Source: a virus
Lineage: Duplodnaviria > Caudoviricetes
Virus record (IMG/VR): IMGVR_UViG_3300031994_000062
Coordinates: 1 to 64,000 of that record
Length of the DNA stretch: 64,000 nucleotides
Direction: 5' to 3' (one strand)
Shown: positions 42,510 through 52,495 of the stretch, one piece after another
Layout of the letters: every line of letters starts with the position of its first letter
How positions within the stretch are numbered: the stretch's first letter is position 1
Notes under the pieces: generated by a model
Database searches by the model: none
Seen by the model: the letters and a program-made list of their open reading frames with translations, nothing else
Told to the model about the DNA's origin: nothing
Made by a program: the position numbers and the translations under genes

Positions 42510-44258
42510 TTATTTCTTTTTAAAAATTCCGCCGTAACGTCCCTTCTTAGTCTTCTTATTAGGTTCGCCGAAGAGCTTTCTAGATGTATTTTTGTTCTCT
42601 TTAGGCTGTTCGACAGAAGAGAAGTTAAGACTTCCTTGTTTAGCATAGTTAAGTAAAATTTCGTCAAGATGAGCGGTAAGTTCTTCAAGAGTGTAATCTT
42701 CAATCTTGATATCCTTATACTCATTCTTATCAAAGATAGATTTATAAGAATCAGAAACCATGAGTTCTTCTTTAGCAGCTTTTTCTTCTGCTTTATGATA
42801 TTTATCAAGTTCTTCTGACGCGAGAGAATAGTTAGACCTTATATTATCAAGTTCAGCTTCTTCGTCTGCGCTTAAATAAACAGGCTTAACACTAATTCTA
42901 TCGCCACTTAAACTGAATATACCGGATCTACATTTATATCCTTGTCTATAAGCAGCTCCAGTAAAGTAATCAACCATAACTAGGTCCTTATCGTATACAA
43001 TTACGCTATACCATGTAGAATCTTGGTCGGCATACTGCTCATTTACCAAAGTTGTTAATGCAGAAATTTTATCGTTGAAAGAAAGAGCAAACTCTTTTAC
43101 TGTGCCATCTGTCATAATAACGGCATAACTTTCAGCGGCATAAGAATCTGCGATTTTCTTAGACTCTGGAGTAGTATCATCGTCTGGAACTTCTGGTTCT
43201 TCCGGTTCTGTTTCTGGGTCTGGGTCTGGGTCTGGGTCTGGATCACCGGGATCGTCTTCACCAGTTACAGATACTTCTGGATTATCGTCGGCAAATGTCT
43301 CCGGATCTGTGTTTTCTGGCTCATTCGTTTCTGGATCCTTTTCGCCAAATAATTCTTCAAACTTAGCTTCTAATTCTTCATCTGACATTTCAGAATAATC
43401 AAAATCTAAATCTTCTTCAGTTACATTATACTTTTCCAATAACTCATTTAATTTCATCGATTCACCTCCTGTCATTGCATTTTGAGCATTTGGTTTATCT
43501 ATATTGAAATTGGACAGCGTTTCATTAAGCTTTTCCAATGTTTCAATTAATTTTTCATCACGATTATAGTGAGAAACAACCGAATTGTTTTCCTGACTAA
43601 AATCTGTTAATTTTAATTCTGCACCGGCCATTCCCGGCTTAACAGGATCTCCTGTATCTGGGTCTACTCCTAAACATGTAGCACCCATAATCTCTACGTC
43701 ATCTAATACTAATACTTTTTCCTTTGAATCATAGCTCATTTCGTTGATTAATAATTCAGCAGATACAGCAGTGCCGCCTTTTCTTTCTATAATTTCTGCG
43801 GCAGCAGTGTATTCGCGCGGAATAGCAACCTGAGCATAAAGATATTTCTTAGAATTATCATCTGGATCTTCTTCTAAGTAAGGCTTATCAGATGTAAAAC
43901 ATCCTATTTGTTTCTCCAGATATACCACATTTCCATCTTCATCAATTTCAAAATCATGCGAAGTAAAATCCAATTCAGAATTCACATCTGTAAAATTTGC
44001 AAGCAATGGTTTATAAGCCAATCTCTTCATAGCCTTTTTGGCGGCTTTTTCAGTAAGAGAAGAACCATTTAAATTACGAGACGTATGAAGAAGCTTAATG
44101 TGTCCATAAAGCATAGTAGGATCTTCATCTTCATCTTTTTTGAATGTAGCGGGAATCTGAACAGACAATTGATATCCAGATTCATTTGAAGAAAATTTGC
44201 CGAAATCATTAGATTGGCAAAAACTTATTAATTGTGATAATGTCAAAATCTTTTTCAT
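42510..44258 (-). CDS. Prohead protease/scaffold protein
   Basis: 582 aa. N-terminal LLHTSRNLNGS...SAELLI...GATCLG protease-like region, acidic linker, C-terminal coiled-coil. Confidence 0.7.
   Translation of the reverse strand: MKKILTLSQLISFCQSNDFGKFSSNESGYQLSVQIPATFKKDEDEDPTMLYGHIKLLHTSRNLNGSSLTEKAAKKAMKRLAYKPLLANFTDVNSELDFTSHDFEIDEDGNVVYLEKQIGCFTSDKPYLEEDPDDNSKKYLYAQVAIPREYTAAAEIIERKGGTAVSAELLINEMSYDSKEKVLVLDDVEIMGATCLGVDPDTGDPVKPGMAGAELKLTDFSQENNSVVSHYNRDEKLIETLEKLNETLSNFNIDKPNAQNAMTGGESMKLNELLEKYNVTEEDLDFDYSEMSDEELEAKFEELFGEKDPETNEPENTDPETFADDNPEVSVTGEDDPGDPDPDPDPDPETEPEEPEVPDDDTTPESKKIADSYAAESYAVIMTDGTVKEFALSFNDKISALTTLVNEQYADQDSTWYSVIVYDKDLVMVDYFTGAAYRQGYKCRSGIFSLSGDRISVKPVYLSADEEAELDNIRSNYSLASEELDKYHKAEEKAAKEELMVSDSYKSIFDKNEYKDIKIEDYTLEELTAHLDEILLNYAKQGSLNFSSVEQPKENKNTSRKLFGEPNKKTKKGRYGGIFKKK
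43213..43242 (-). repeat. Hexanucleotide microsatellite encoding a (DP)n linker
   Basis: tctggg four times followed by tctgga. Confidence 0.85.
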
Positions 44259-44284
44259 CTCTACCTCCTTTCTCTTAGTTTCTA

Positions 44285-44314
44285 AATATAAAAACTCTCC
44301 AGAAAGAGGAGAGT
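44285..44314 (-). terminator. Terminator-like hairpin
   Basis: actctcc-tctttct-ggagagt followed by tttt. Confidence 0.6.
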
Positions 44315-44504
44315 AATTAAGCTTGTTTATCCAGTTGTATAATCAACAACTCTAGAATTTATAATTATAAGATGTAACACGATATCCGCAGTCGGAGTTG
44401 TCGTGCAGCTAAATATTATAAACTCAGTTTCTTACGCTGAAATCGCCACTTCTGAATCAATATAATTCGGTAATTGATTCAAAAGCCATATAAGCCACTT
44501 CCTA

Positions 44505-45113
44505 TCACGTTGCCACTATAGTATCAATCTCGGCATTTGTGATAGACGTTACTCCACCATCATTCAGCTTAACATATTGAGTACTACCCCATCTAAATTG
44601 AGTGTTTGCGGCGTATTCACCGGAATCAATTAATAACACATAAAGAACTCCAGATTCTGGTGTTAATGCTGCCCCGTCTACTCCAGTCTCTGAAAACCAA
44701 CTAGACGAAAGTACCGTGGCACCAGTTCTTGGGTAAACTTCAATTACATCATCAACATAACTAGGAAGATATGACGAATTGATCTTGCTTGTGCTGTCAA
44801 GTGGACACACTCCATTTGCCGCCCCAATAAGTGATACATCTACCTTAGAACTATCAGATGGATGAACGTGATCCTCTCTAGCATACTTTTCACTAGTACC
44901 TATAGCTGCTGTCCCATCCATGAGCGGTGCAGTATTGGCAGGTAAGTAATCCTTCTGGTCAAATGTGAAAGTTGTGCCATCGGCCCTGGTCACAGTATAG
45001 GTGGTGCCGGACCTTGTAATGTTTTTAACCGCATCAGTCTTGGTTGCAAATAAATTTTTGATTTTTTGCCATAAGTATAGCAAACCATCAGAATCTAAAT
45101 ATTTCTTGGCCAA
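44505..45113 (-). CDS. Head fibre/whisker-like protein
   Basis: N-terminal KYLDSDGLLYLWQKIK, AREDHVHP, LPSYVDDVIE and C-terminal ITNAEID motifs. Confidence 0.65.
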   Translation of the reverse strand: MAKKYLDSDGLLYLWQKIKNLFATKTDAVKNITRSGTTYTVTRADGTTFTFDQKDYLPANTAPLMDGTAAIGTSEKYAREDHVHPSDSSKVDVSLIGAANGVCPLDSTSKINSSYLPSYVDDVIEVYPRTGATVLSSSWFSETGVDGAALTPESGVLYVLLIDSGEYAANTQFRWGSTQYVKLNDGGVTSITNAEIDTIVAT

Positions 45114-45127
45114 TTTTACTCATCTCC

Positions 45128-45367
45128 TTACTTTAAAAGTTCCTCTAGCTCAGTGTTTGAGATTCTGAGCAGATTTAATTCTTCATAGGTTTTGTCACCA
45201 ATTAATGTAACTCCTTCAATTTTCGGAAGATTATCAAGTATTTCGTAGTCTCTATACATGATATGTTTCGGCAAATCAATTTCACCGTCTAGTTGAGCAG
45301 TTCCTCCTAAATTTCCAGATAAATGACCAATACCAATTATTTCAGCAGTACCAGGAAAGTCACTCAA
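45128..45367 (-). CDS. Small fibre-associated protein
   Basis: DYEILDNLPKIEGVTLIGDKT motif. Confidence 0.55.
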   Translation of the reverse strand: MSDFPGTAEIIGIGHLSGNLGGTAQLDGEIDLPKHIMYRDYEILDNLPKIEGVTLIGDKTYEELNLLRISNTELEELLK

Positions 45368-45700
45368 TTATAACACCTCCTCGGTAAGCTTAAATTTTCC
45401 GGCGATGAATGTATAGACCTCTCCGATACTAGTCGTGAGTTCGAGATCGTAAACATATGAGCGTGACATAGTTAATTCCTTAGTGTCATCAGGATCAATT
45501 GTAAGAATAAGAGTATCAATTGGCACCTGCTTATTAATCAGAACTTCAGAGTCGGGATCTTTATAAGTTTTTTTCATGGCAAAACGTATTGTATCTCCTT
45601 CTTGCGGCACATACGGTTCGCCATCTTTAGTAAGATTAATTTGGACGTATAATGTATCGCCACGAGTTAGAGTAATATTATTGCCATCTATGGTATACAT
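45368..45700 (-). CDS. BppU-N-like Ig-fold structural protein
   Basis: ITLTRGDT...FAMKK...YVYDLEL...GKFKL. Confidence 0.6.
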   Translation of the reverse strand: MYTIDGNNITLTRGDTLYVQINLTKDGEPYVPQEGDTIRFAMKKTYKDPDSEVLINKQVPIDTLILTIDPDDTKELTMSRSYVYDLELTTSIGEVYTFIAGKFKLTEEVL

Positions 45701-45717
45701 ATAATCACCGCCTTTCT

Positions 45718-45909
45718 TTAAGTGTATAAAATGTTTGTAGGAACCACCTTATTTTCTTTCGCGAATTTAAGGTATTCTGTTCCCTTGTTATAAAATATAT
45801 ATGTAGACCCAGATTTGCTGACAAGCTCATAACCCAATTTGAGTAATTGCTCGGCGGTATCTGGGAATGTTGTTTTTAGAAAATTGTATTTTTTATTCAT
45901 ATTTATCAC
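45718..45909 (-). CDS. Small hypothetical protein
   Basis: 63 aa, overlaps the portal stop. Confidence 0.55.
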   Translation of the reverse strand: MINMNKKYNFLKTTFPDTAEQLLKLGYELVSKSGSTYIFYNKGTEYLKFAKENKVVPTNILYT

Positions 45910-47429
45910 CCATTAGATTTATCGCGCTTATCCTTATCTGCGTCAGATGCATCGGTAACTTCGCCTTCTGGACGACCACCTTCCTGAGGATCCGTACCTT
46001 CTTCTGGAGCACCAGATTGAGTATAAGAACTTTGAAGAGGCTTGAAACGAAGAGACAACTGAAGAACATCTTCTTCAAGATAATTCATAGCAAGAATTTC
46101 ACGCTCTGAATATCCAGATAATACGCCGATCGCCATTTTTGATGGAACTCCATATTGAGCATTCTCAATTAATTCTTTTCTAAAATCAGCCTTGGTATAC
46201 GGCGTGACTGGAAAGAGCTTTACCTCACAAGGTGTACTTACTTGATAACTCAAGAAACGATTAAGCCAACTATTAATTTGACTGAGTAATGTTCCTAATC
46301 CATAAGCCGAATCCGACTTCATAGCGGCCCTAAAAGCTTCAGCTCCTGAAATGCTTGCGGAATTTAATATCTGAGCACCACCAGAAGTATTCAATACAGA
46401 TTCCGTAGCTTTCTGAACCTTAGTAGTATCAGATGCGGCGTCAAATGGGAATGATATTTCGCGAATCGGAACCGGAGATATAACCGCAGTTGCATAGTCT
46501 GGTAACGCTTCTCTGATCATCCTATTGTAGTACTGTTTGACAACTTCAGGATCTACCTTCCAATCATCAACATTATCTGTATTATTTATAGTTTGTAACT
46601 CAAGCCACAAAAGTTTATAAATTGCTTGTTCATCGGCAATGGCTTCAATATCTTCAAGATCTGAAAGATTAATTAAAGCATTGAATATCCCCACCAGCGG
46701 TGGAACTACAGTTTCCCAATCTTCAGAACGGATTTTAAAACATACGCAATATTCATCTGGCATCTGTTGCCATCTTTCATCGTTGTTGCCACCAAAAGCA
46801 TTATACATAGAAGTGAATGGCTCACCAATCATCTCAAGTAAAGCCTGGCGCGATCTGAAGTATGTCATATCCATACAGAATGCAAAATCGCCGGTACCGT
46901 ATTGCCCATTAATCTTACAGTAGTCTGGATCTAATTGATATATAAAATGTGTTTCCCCGTCATAATAATTGCACCCGTAGAACACATCCTCTCTCCAACA
47001 TACAATAGCAGCTTTAAGCATTTCATATTGTAAATTTAAAGTATCAAGAACCGCTAAACTATCTTGGTAAACTCTCAGCATCTCATCTGGGGAGAGTGGA
47101 GCAGTAAGGTCATAAGGAGGAATTACTGTTCTGGCTTCCATACATAACATAGTCGCATAATACATAATAATACGGTAATAAACCTGAGACCTATAAACTA
47201 AAAATCTTGATAGATTTCTTAGATTTTGTTCATTACTGCTAATATTCTGTAAATACGTCCTTAGAGTTTCTTTTGAAAATGTTCTAATAGTTCTGTTGAT
47301 AGTAGTAGATTGAACATCTCTTAATGCTTTAATAGCCTTACTGATGCCATCTTCGGCAAAAGTAGATATTCCATTAAAATCATTTTGATATTTCTCTAGT
47401 TGTTCTTTTTTTTCTTTTAAAGTAGCCAT
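45906..47429 (-). CDS. Portal protein
   Basis: 507 aa immediately after TerL, with an acidic C-terminal tail. Confidence 0.75.
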   Translation of the reverse strand: MATLKEKKEQLEKYQNDFNGISTFAEDGISKAIKALRDVQSTTINRTIRTFSKETLRTYLQNISSNEQNLRNLSRFLVYRSQVYYRIIMYYATMLCMEARTVIPPYDLTAPLSPDEMLRVYQDSLAVLDTLNLQYEMLKAAIVCWREDVFYGCNYYDGETHFIYQLDPDYCKINGQYGTGDFAFCMDMTYFRSRQALLEMIGEPFTSMYNAFGGNNDERWQQMPDEYCVCFKIRSEDWETVVPPLVGIFNALINLSDLEDIEAIADEQAIYKLLWLELQTINNTDNVDDWKVDPEVVKQYYNRMIREALPDYATAVISPVPIREISFPFDAASDTTKVQKATESVLNTSGGAQILNSASISGAEAFRAAMKSDSAYGLGTLLSQINSWLNRFLSYQVSTPCEVKLFPVTPYTKADFRKELIENAQYGVPSKMAIGVLSGYSEREILAMNYLEEDVLQLSLRFKPLQSSYTQSGAPEEGTDPQEGGRPEGEVTDASDADKDKRDKSNG

Positions 47430-47444
47430 GCCTTCCCTCCTTTC

Positions 47445-49226
47445 TTATATAAATGTAGATCTCTTCCATCCAGCTTTCATCGGGAGAGAAGAGACAAATT
47501 CTTCAACACTATCTATAGTTTTTCTTTTTCCAGTAATATTCTTACGACGTTCTTGTTGAAGTGCGAAACAGTATTGACTCATACAGTATGAACGGTCGTC
47601 ATTAAGAGAATTACGTTTTTCGGGCGTTAATTCAAAACTATCTTTTCCCGATTCTCTTTTTATTCGAACCATATTAACCATTTCTTCTTTAAGAGCGTCA
47701 ATACCGGCAAGAGCAGCTTCTTCTGCCCAATCTAATTTTTCAGTTCTAGTTTTTACATTTTGTAGATTATTTAATTCTTCAGTCATTTGAATATTATATT
47801 CGTCAATTGATAATTTTTTCGCTTTTAGCTTCTTGGATATTTTTTCCTTTTCTTTTTCCAATTTGTCTTGATCTATGTCGAAAATAGTTAAATACCCTTT
47901 ACCGTCATATGAGGCAGGAAACGTAACCTTGTTCTGATTTACCATCTCAATCATAGCCTCGTACATTTCGGATTTATACTTAGTAGGAGACATAAGATGA
48001 ATCTTATTAACCGCATTTGGAAACTTTTTTACATAATCAGAAGAATATTCTTTGTCTATGAGTCCTTTATGCATCTTTCCGTCTTTACCTTTCCAATCTT
48101 CCATCAAATAATCAGCTATATTTACGCCACCACCGCCAGATCCGGCGTCAATATATATACCTACAATATTAGAATAATTTTCATCGCCACCTTGATTGTA
48201 ATCAAGAATAACTTCTTTAAGATACTCTACCTGATCTGGAGTTTGCATAGGAGATTTACGTTTCTTTCCTACATCTAAAAGATTTATACAATTCAATAAA
48301 CGACCTTTATATTCAACATCACCGTTTATATCTTTATCTTCATATATTTCTCCAACTAAAATTACAGAATTATCTCTGCTTCTAGCTGGGTCATATGTGA
48401 TAACAATTTTTCTATCACCAGTATCATTATATAATACCGGCTTATAAGTCTGTTCATTTCGAATTATCGCAGCACGTTTAATTATCGCATCTTCCGTCCC
48501 CTCTGTAGAGAACCGACAGTAGTACTCGCGTAGAGCCTTGAATTTATTCTGTCTCATGGCGGCGTCAACAGTATCTTTAGTTAAAAGAGGAGATACTAGC
48601 TTACCATGCATTGTCGGCTTAAAAGCTACATCACAAGTAATTTGTGCAACGAAGAAATTTGGATCACCAAGTAACATTCTCTTGCTAAAATCTCTATATA
48701 TCGTATAATATTCCATATCGGTAGAAGAAGCAGAGGAGATGTAGAACAATTGGTTTGGAATTTCTTCCGGGATACTTCTAATTGCATTCATATCCAACAC
48801 ATTTCCGTCTCTATCTTTACCAGATTTGAAACTTTTATTAACAATAGCAAAAGCTGCGTATGCAGCCAGCAACGAGGACGGCAAAAAACTTGCCTCGTCA
48901 AATACAACATTTCCTCTTAATCCACGTCGTTTATCAAAATTACTATTGAGAGTTAACCCCATAGATCCGTTGTTTAAAGTGTACTTAAATCCATCAGGAT
49001 TGTGACTAAAACCGTCCCCAGATGCACTGGGAATTACTAATTCAGCTTTAAACAATTCTCCGGTAGACCCAACCATAGTGTCAATATTATTATTGGCAAT
49101 TTTTTCAAGAGTTGTAAATGTATTTTGTGCTTGACTACCACTTCCCGATGCGATATAACTCCAGTAATTATTAAATAACATACCTTTCGCCATCAACATC
49201 AGATCGATAAGTGTACTTTTCCCAAA
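47445..49226 (-). CDS. terL: Terminase large subunit, exon 2
   Basis: Starts FGKSTLIDL. Walker B VVFDEAS, YISSAS, RNase H-like YDPARSRDNS, IDAGSGGGG, DDRSY. Confidence 0.92.
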   Translation of the reverse strand, partial: FGKSTLIDLMLMAKGMLFNNYWSYIASGSGSQAQNTFTTLEKIANNNIDTMVGSTGELFKAELVIPSASGDGFSHNPDGFKYTLNNGSMGLTLNSNFDKRRGLRGNVVFDEASFLPSSLLAAYAAFAIVNKSFKSGKDRDGNVLDMNAIRSIPEEIPNQLFYISSASSTDMEYYTIYRDFSKRMLLGDPNFFVAQITCDVAFKPTMHGKLVSPLLTKDTVDAAMRQNKFKALREYYCRFSTEGTEDAIIKRAAIIRNEQTYKPVLYNDTGDRKIVITYDPARSRDNSVILVGEIYEDKDINGDVEYKGRLLNCINLLDVGKKRKSPMQTPDQVEYLKEVILDYNQGGDENYSNIVGIYIDAGSGGGGVNIADYLMEDWKGKDGKMHKGLIDKEYSSDYVKKFPNAVNKIHLMSPTKYKSEMYEAMIEMVNQNKVTFPASYDGKGYLTIFDIDQDKLEKEKEKISKKLKAKKLSIDEYNIQMTEELNNLQNVKTRTEKLDWAEEAALAGIDALKEEMVNMVRIKRESGKDSFELTPEKRNSLNDDRSYCMSQYCFALQQERRKNITGKRKTIDSVEEFVSSLPMKAGWKRSTFI

Positions 49227-50608
49227 CGTTGTTATTAACCCAGAGTTTTTTATCTCTGGCTCTGGAGGTTTCCCTCATTTTCATCGACCAGTCAATTCTG
49301 GTCCAGTCTAGCATACATTTTCGCCTTCAACTTAAAGGTAAGGCGGGGCGGACTCTTGGGCAAATTATATTTATTCATTGCCTATGCGTTACGGTGAGCT
49401 ACAGCCTTTCGCAATCTGTACTTTACCTCGGTATCGACATATCATTTCGACTTAGTGTTTACCGATTTTCCGCCCTTATTGCCTACGTATTTCTACGCAG
49501 CGGAGCCTAATAAATGTTCAATTTTTTCATATTTTCTTGACAAACAAAATAAGCCATCTTCATAATAAAGACGACTTACTAATTTCTTCACTTCATTTGT
49601 ATTTATACACATTAAACGATGTTTTTTCTCATTCTCTGTATACATTCTTGTTTCTATATCGTAATTAAGTAATTTCTTTTGTATATACTCCAAAGGAGCT
49701 ATAGATGCACTAGTAATATGCATATAAGTCCATTTATCATCAGTATAAAAACATCCATCTCCATCAATATATCCCCTAAGAAAATCAAAGAAAAATTTTT
49801 CTTCGACAATAGGATAAACATCTTTTTGCGACTTATTTGTTTCTATCCCGTTAGCCATTAATGACTCAACTAAATGCTTAGAGTATACACGCAATGAATC
49901 AATTGGACCAATATGTATTTTCTTTCCTAAAATTTCGCCATCATGTGGTTTTTTATGTGCAATGATATTTTGATTTCCTAATTCGTAATTTAATTTTTCT
50001 AAAACGTATGAATCACCGGCTTGTAACTGCATACCAAATTCATAATTATTTCGTTCAGGTTTATAAACAACCCAACCATCAGCATAAATAAAACCAAGAA
50101 AATACGCTTTTAACGGAGTGTCTATTTTATCAAAATAATCATCATTAATTTGACGATTTTTTCTGAGTCCTATATATCTCGCTCTTGCGTCAACCTGTTT
50201 TCTCGTATACCCAAGATCTTTAGCAATTTCAGTATACGATTTAATAAGATAATTTTTCCTAATATATTCATCGTCTGATTCACTAAATATACCATGACAG
50301 GTCCATCCCTTACCTTTTGAAAGTCCATTGCGCTGTAATAAAAGAGATATTTGCCTCTTACTGCAACCAAATAAATCAGCAAAATACTGATATGGAAATT
50401 TCAAATAATTCTCAAATAAATATTCTTTTTGATCGTCTGTAAATACAAATTGTTTACTCATAGTTCATTTCTCCTTTGCTTAAATTAAAGTAAAGAACAG
50501 GAGAACAGCCTGAATTTATTTAGGACAAAACCGGAAAACAGCCGGAAGTCCAAGTAAAATTAAAAAAGACCAGATATGCCATCTGGTTTATAAACATTTA
50601 TTCTATTA
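49227..50608 (-). mobile_element. Group I intron (1382 nt) inside the TerL Walker A motif, endonuclease in loop L1
   Basis: Junction ggu|uuu restores TRGFGKS. Variant P7 GCAUA/UAUGC (accguaacgcaua ... aaaauguaugc). IGS GCUCC at the end of the ORF pairs with exon GGGGU. Intron ends in G. Confidence 0.9.
49493..50461 (-). CDS. Intron-encoded double-motif LAGLIDADG endonuclease
   Basis: AYFLGFIYADGWV and FLRGYIDGDGCF, with N-terminal HTH repeats. Confidence 0.9.
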   Translation of the reverse strand: MSKQFVFTDDQKEYLFENYLKFPYQYFADLFGCSKRQISLLLQRNGLSKGKGWTCHGIFSESDDEYIRKNYLIKSYTEIAKDLGYTRKQVDARARYIGLRKNRQINDDYFDKIDTPLKAYFLGFIYADGWVVYKPERNNYEFGMQLQAGDSYVLEKLNYELGNQNIIAHKKPHDGEILGKKIHIGPIDSLRVYSKHLVESLMANGIETNKSQKDVYPIVEEKFFFDFLRGYIDGDGCFYTDDKWTYMHITSASIAPLEYIQKKLLNYDIETRMYTENEKKHRLMCINTNEVKKLVSRLYYEDGLFCLSRKYEKIEHLLGSAA

Positions 50609-50896
50609 ACCCCTCGTACACAATAACAGTACATTAGGACAATTCCATGATTGAGTTAAAATCCATGCTTGTGCATCCAGTAGTTCAATATTAAACCAAT
50701 CACTTATAAACCTTACAGGATTACACTGATAATATTTTTGAATTCTTGCTATATTTATCAACGACTCAATTTTTCTATCAGATAAAGCATAAACACCAGG
50801 TTTCACATATACTTTGTAATCTTGTAAACATTGATTCTTAAAATTAACAAAAGATAGGTCATCTGTCACTTGGTATTGTTCCATCATGTACATCAC
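50609..50896 (-). CDS. terL: Terminase large subunit, exon 1 (spliced product ~689 aa)
   Basis: NPVRF...IELLDAQAWIL...VLLLCTRG, then TAA as the first intron bases. Confidence 0.88.
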
Positions 50897-50925
50897 CTAT
50901 CTTCTTTAAAAAGTCGTCTATTAAA

Positions 50926-52290
50926 TCAATTATCGGTCTGCCCATCATTTTCCTCCTCTTGTTCTTGAATCTCCGAAAATGGAGAATACAACTCTTCTAA
51001 GTTTACATAATCGGTTTCGATATCGATGTTGTTACTTTCAATAACACTTTTTAAATCCAAATTCTCTCGAAGCAATACTCTAGATATTTCTTTATAATCC
51101 GCCGCTTCTTGAGAATATTTAGTCACTAATCTTCTTTGTTCTGCTACCATATCTGCGTATTCCGATTCATCTAATTTAAGCGCTCTTATAAGAGACTCAT
51201 TACTCATATCCATAACCTGTCTCATACCTCTGCAAGTATTAAGGTCGAAGCCATTAACTTCACCTTCTCTTAAATTAAGATCTCTGACCTTTTTAATTTT
51301 TCCGGTCCATGTGTTATCAGATTTTTTCGCCGTCTTATTATTCTTCAAGCTAATACAGCTCTCAGCAGCCAAATCTTTTATCTGACTGGTAATTTTGGAT
51401 TTACTATCTTGAAGACTCTTGATAGTTCCGGCATTTTTCTCAATACCATGATAATCCGCCATAATCTTAGCAATCTCATCGTCAATCTTTGATTGCTGTA
51501 GAAATCCGCGCACTATTGAAATACAACTAGCAGTTCTCATCATATCATCATTAGCATCCTCAGAAGCATCCAACAATCCCAACAGCTGACTATACAAAAA
51601 TGGCTGATCATCCAGACTTTCCTTTTCAAAAGGATCGTAAGACAACAATCTCTTGACGTCCTTCTTGTTCTTCAGAAAATCCCGATATGTATCTTGATCT
51701 TCGCGACCTTCGATAACACTCTCAACGGTTTTCTCATCTTCATAAATTACTTTTTCTTTGAAAAGATCAGAATCACGCCAAGTATAACCGTTATATTGGT
51801 GCATAGCTATATTCTTAATATATGACGCATAAACATCGTAGTTATCTGGATTTTTAGTAGCGTTATTAGCATTATTACTTTCATCAATACTTGAATCCCA
51901 TAAATGCTCAAAAAACGGTTTATTCAAATAAAAAAGCGCCAACTGCACAGATTCCTTGGTAGGAGAGTGGTCGTCGCCGTTTTTATCTCGTCTTCTTGCT
52001 ATTCCTTTAGCACAGTCTTTACATACCGGAGCAACTCCGCTTTTACATAAAGGATCCGTGCTTTTATAAAATTCTGATTTTGACTTGTGTTTGCCGCAAA
52101 TATAGCAAAACGCGCCATCTTCCATTTTCTTATATTTTCCTTGTAAATCCTCCGTATATTTGACCAATTCAGCTTTCGTCATTGCCTTAAGGTCTTTTTC
52201 TTGCAGTTCTGCGAGTTTAGCTTTTTGCCGCTTTTCTTTCTCGCGCTCTGCCTTTGTTTGCGAAGGCCTACCTACTTTGCTTACTGGCAT
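50926..52290 (-). CDS. Zn-finger protein upstream of TerL, candidate terminase small subunit
   Basis: ATG 52290 after aggagg. CYICG...CKDC, C-terminal coiled-coil. Role inferred from position. Confidence 0.55.
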   Translation of the reverse strand: MPVSKVGRPSQTKAEREKEKRQKAKLAELQEKDLKAMTKAELVKYTEDLQGKYKKMEDGAFCYICGKHKSKSEFYKSTDPLCKSGVAPVCKDCAKGIARRRDKNGDDHSPTKESVQLALFYLNKPFFEHLWDSSIDESNNANNATKNPDNYDVYASYIKNIAMHQYNGYTWRDSDLFKEKVIYEDEKTVESVIEGREDQDTYRDFLKNKKDVKRLLSYDPFEKESLDDQPFLYSQLLGLLDASEDANDDMMRTASCISIVRGFLQQSKIDDEIAKIMADYHGIEKNAGTIKSLQDSKSKITSQIKDLAAESCISLKNNKTAKKSDNTWTGKIKKVRDLNLREGEVNGFDLNTCRGMRQVMDMSNESLIRALKLDESEYADMVAEQRRLVTKYSQEAADYKEISRVLLRENLDLKSVIESNNIDIETDYVNLEELYSPFSEIQEQEEENDGQTDN

Positions 52291-52315
52291 TTTAACGCCT
52301 CCTTTTATTTTATTA

Positions 52316-52398
52316 CGCCAATACCATGATTCGAACGTGGACAACTCGAAAGTTGGACAGATTAGCAATCTGCTGAGATACCATTACTCCATATTGGC
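52316..52398 (-). tRNA. tRNA-Ser(GCU)
   Basis: Acceptor GCCAAUA/UAUUGGC, loop UU-GCU-AA, long variable arm, T-loop UUCGAAU with one T-stem mismatch. No encoded CCA. Confidence 0.85.
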
Positions 52399-52404
52399 AC
52401 ATAA

Positions 52405-52489
52405 CGACAAGCGAGGGACTTGAACCCCCAGTGCCCGAAGGCATCACCGGTTTTCAAGACCGGCTCCTTACCAATTAGGATAGCTTGCC
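52405..52489 (-). tRNA. tRNA-Ser(UGA)
   Basis: Acceptor GGCAAGC/GCUUGUC, CCGGU-CUUGAAA-ACCGG, variable arm with UUCG loop, T-loop UUCAAGU. Confidence 0.9.
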
Positions 52490-52495
52490 TAATAA

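Noticed and set aside
40849-50896. Inteins in terminase, portal or capsid
   Set aside because: No C/S...HN-C/S/T splice motifs or in-frame LAGLIDADG insertions. The nucleases are separate intron ORFs.
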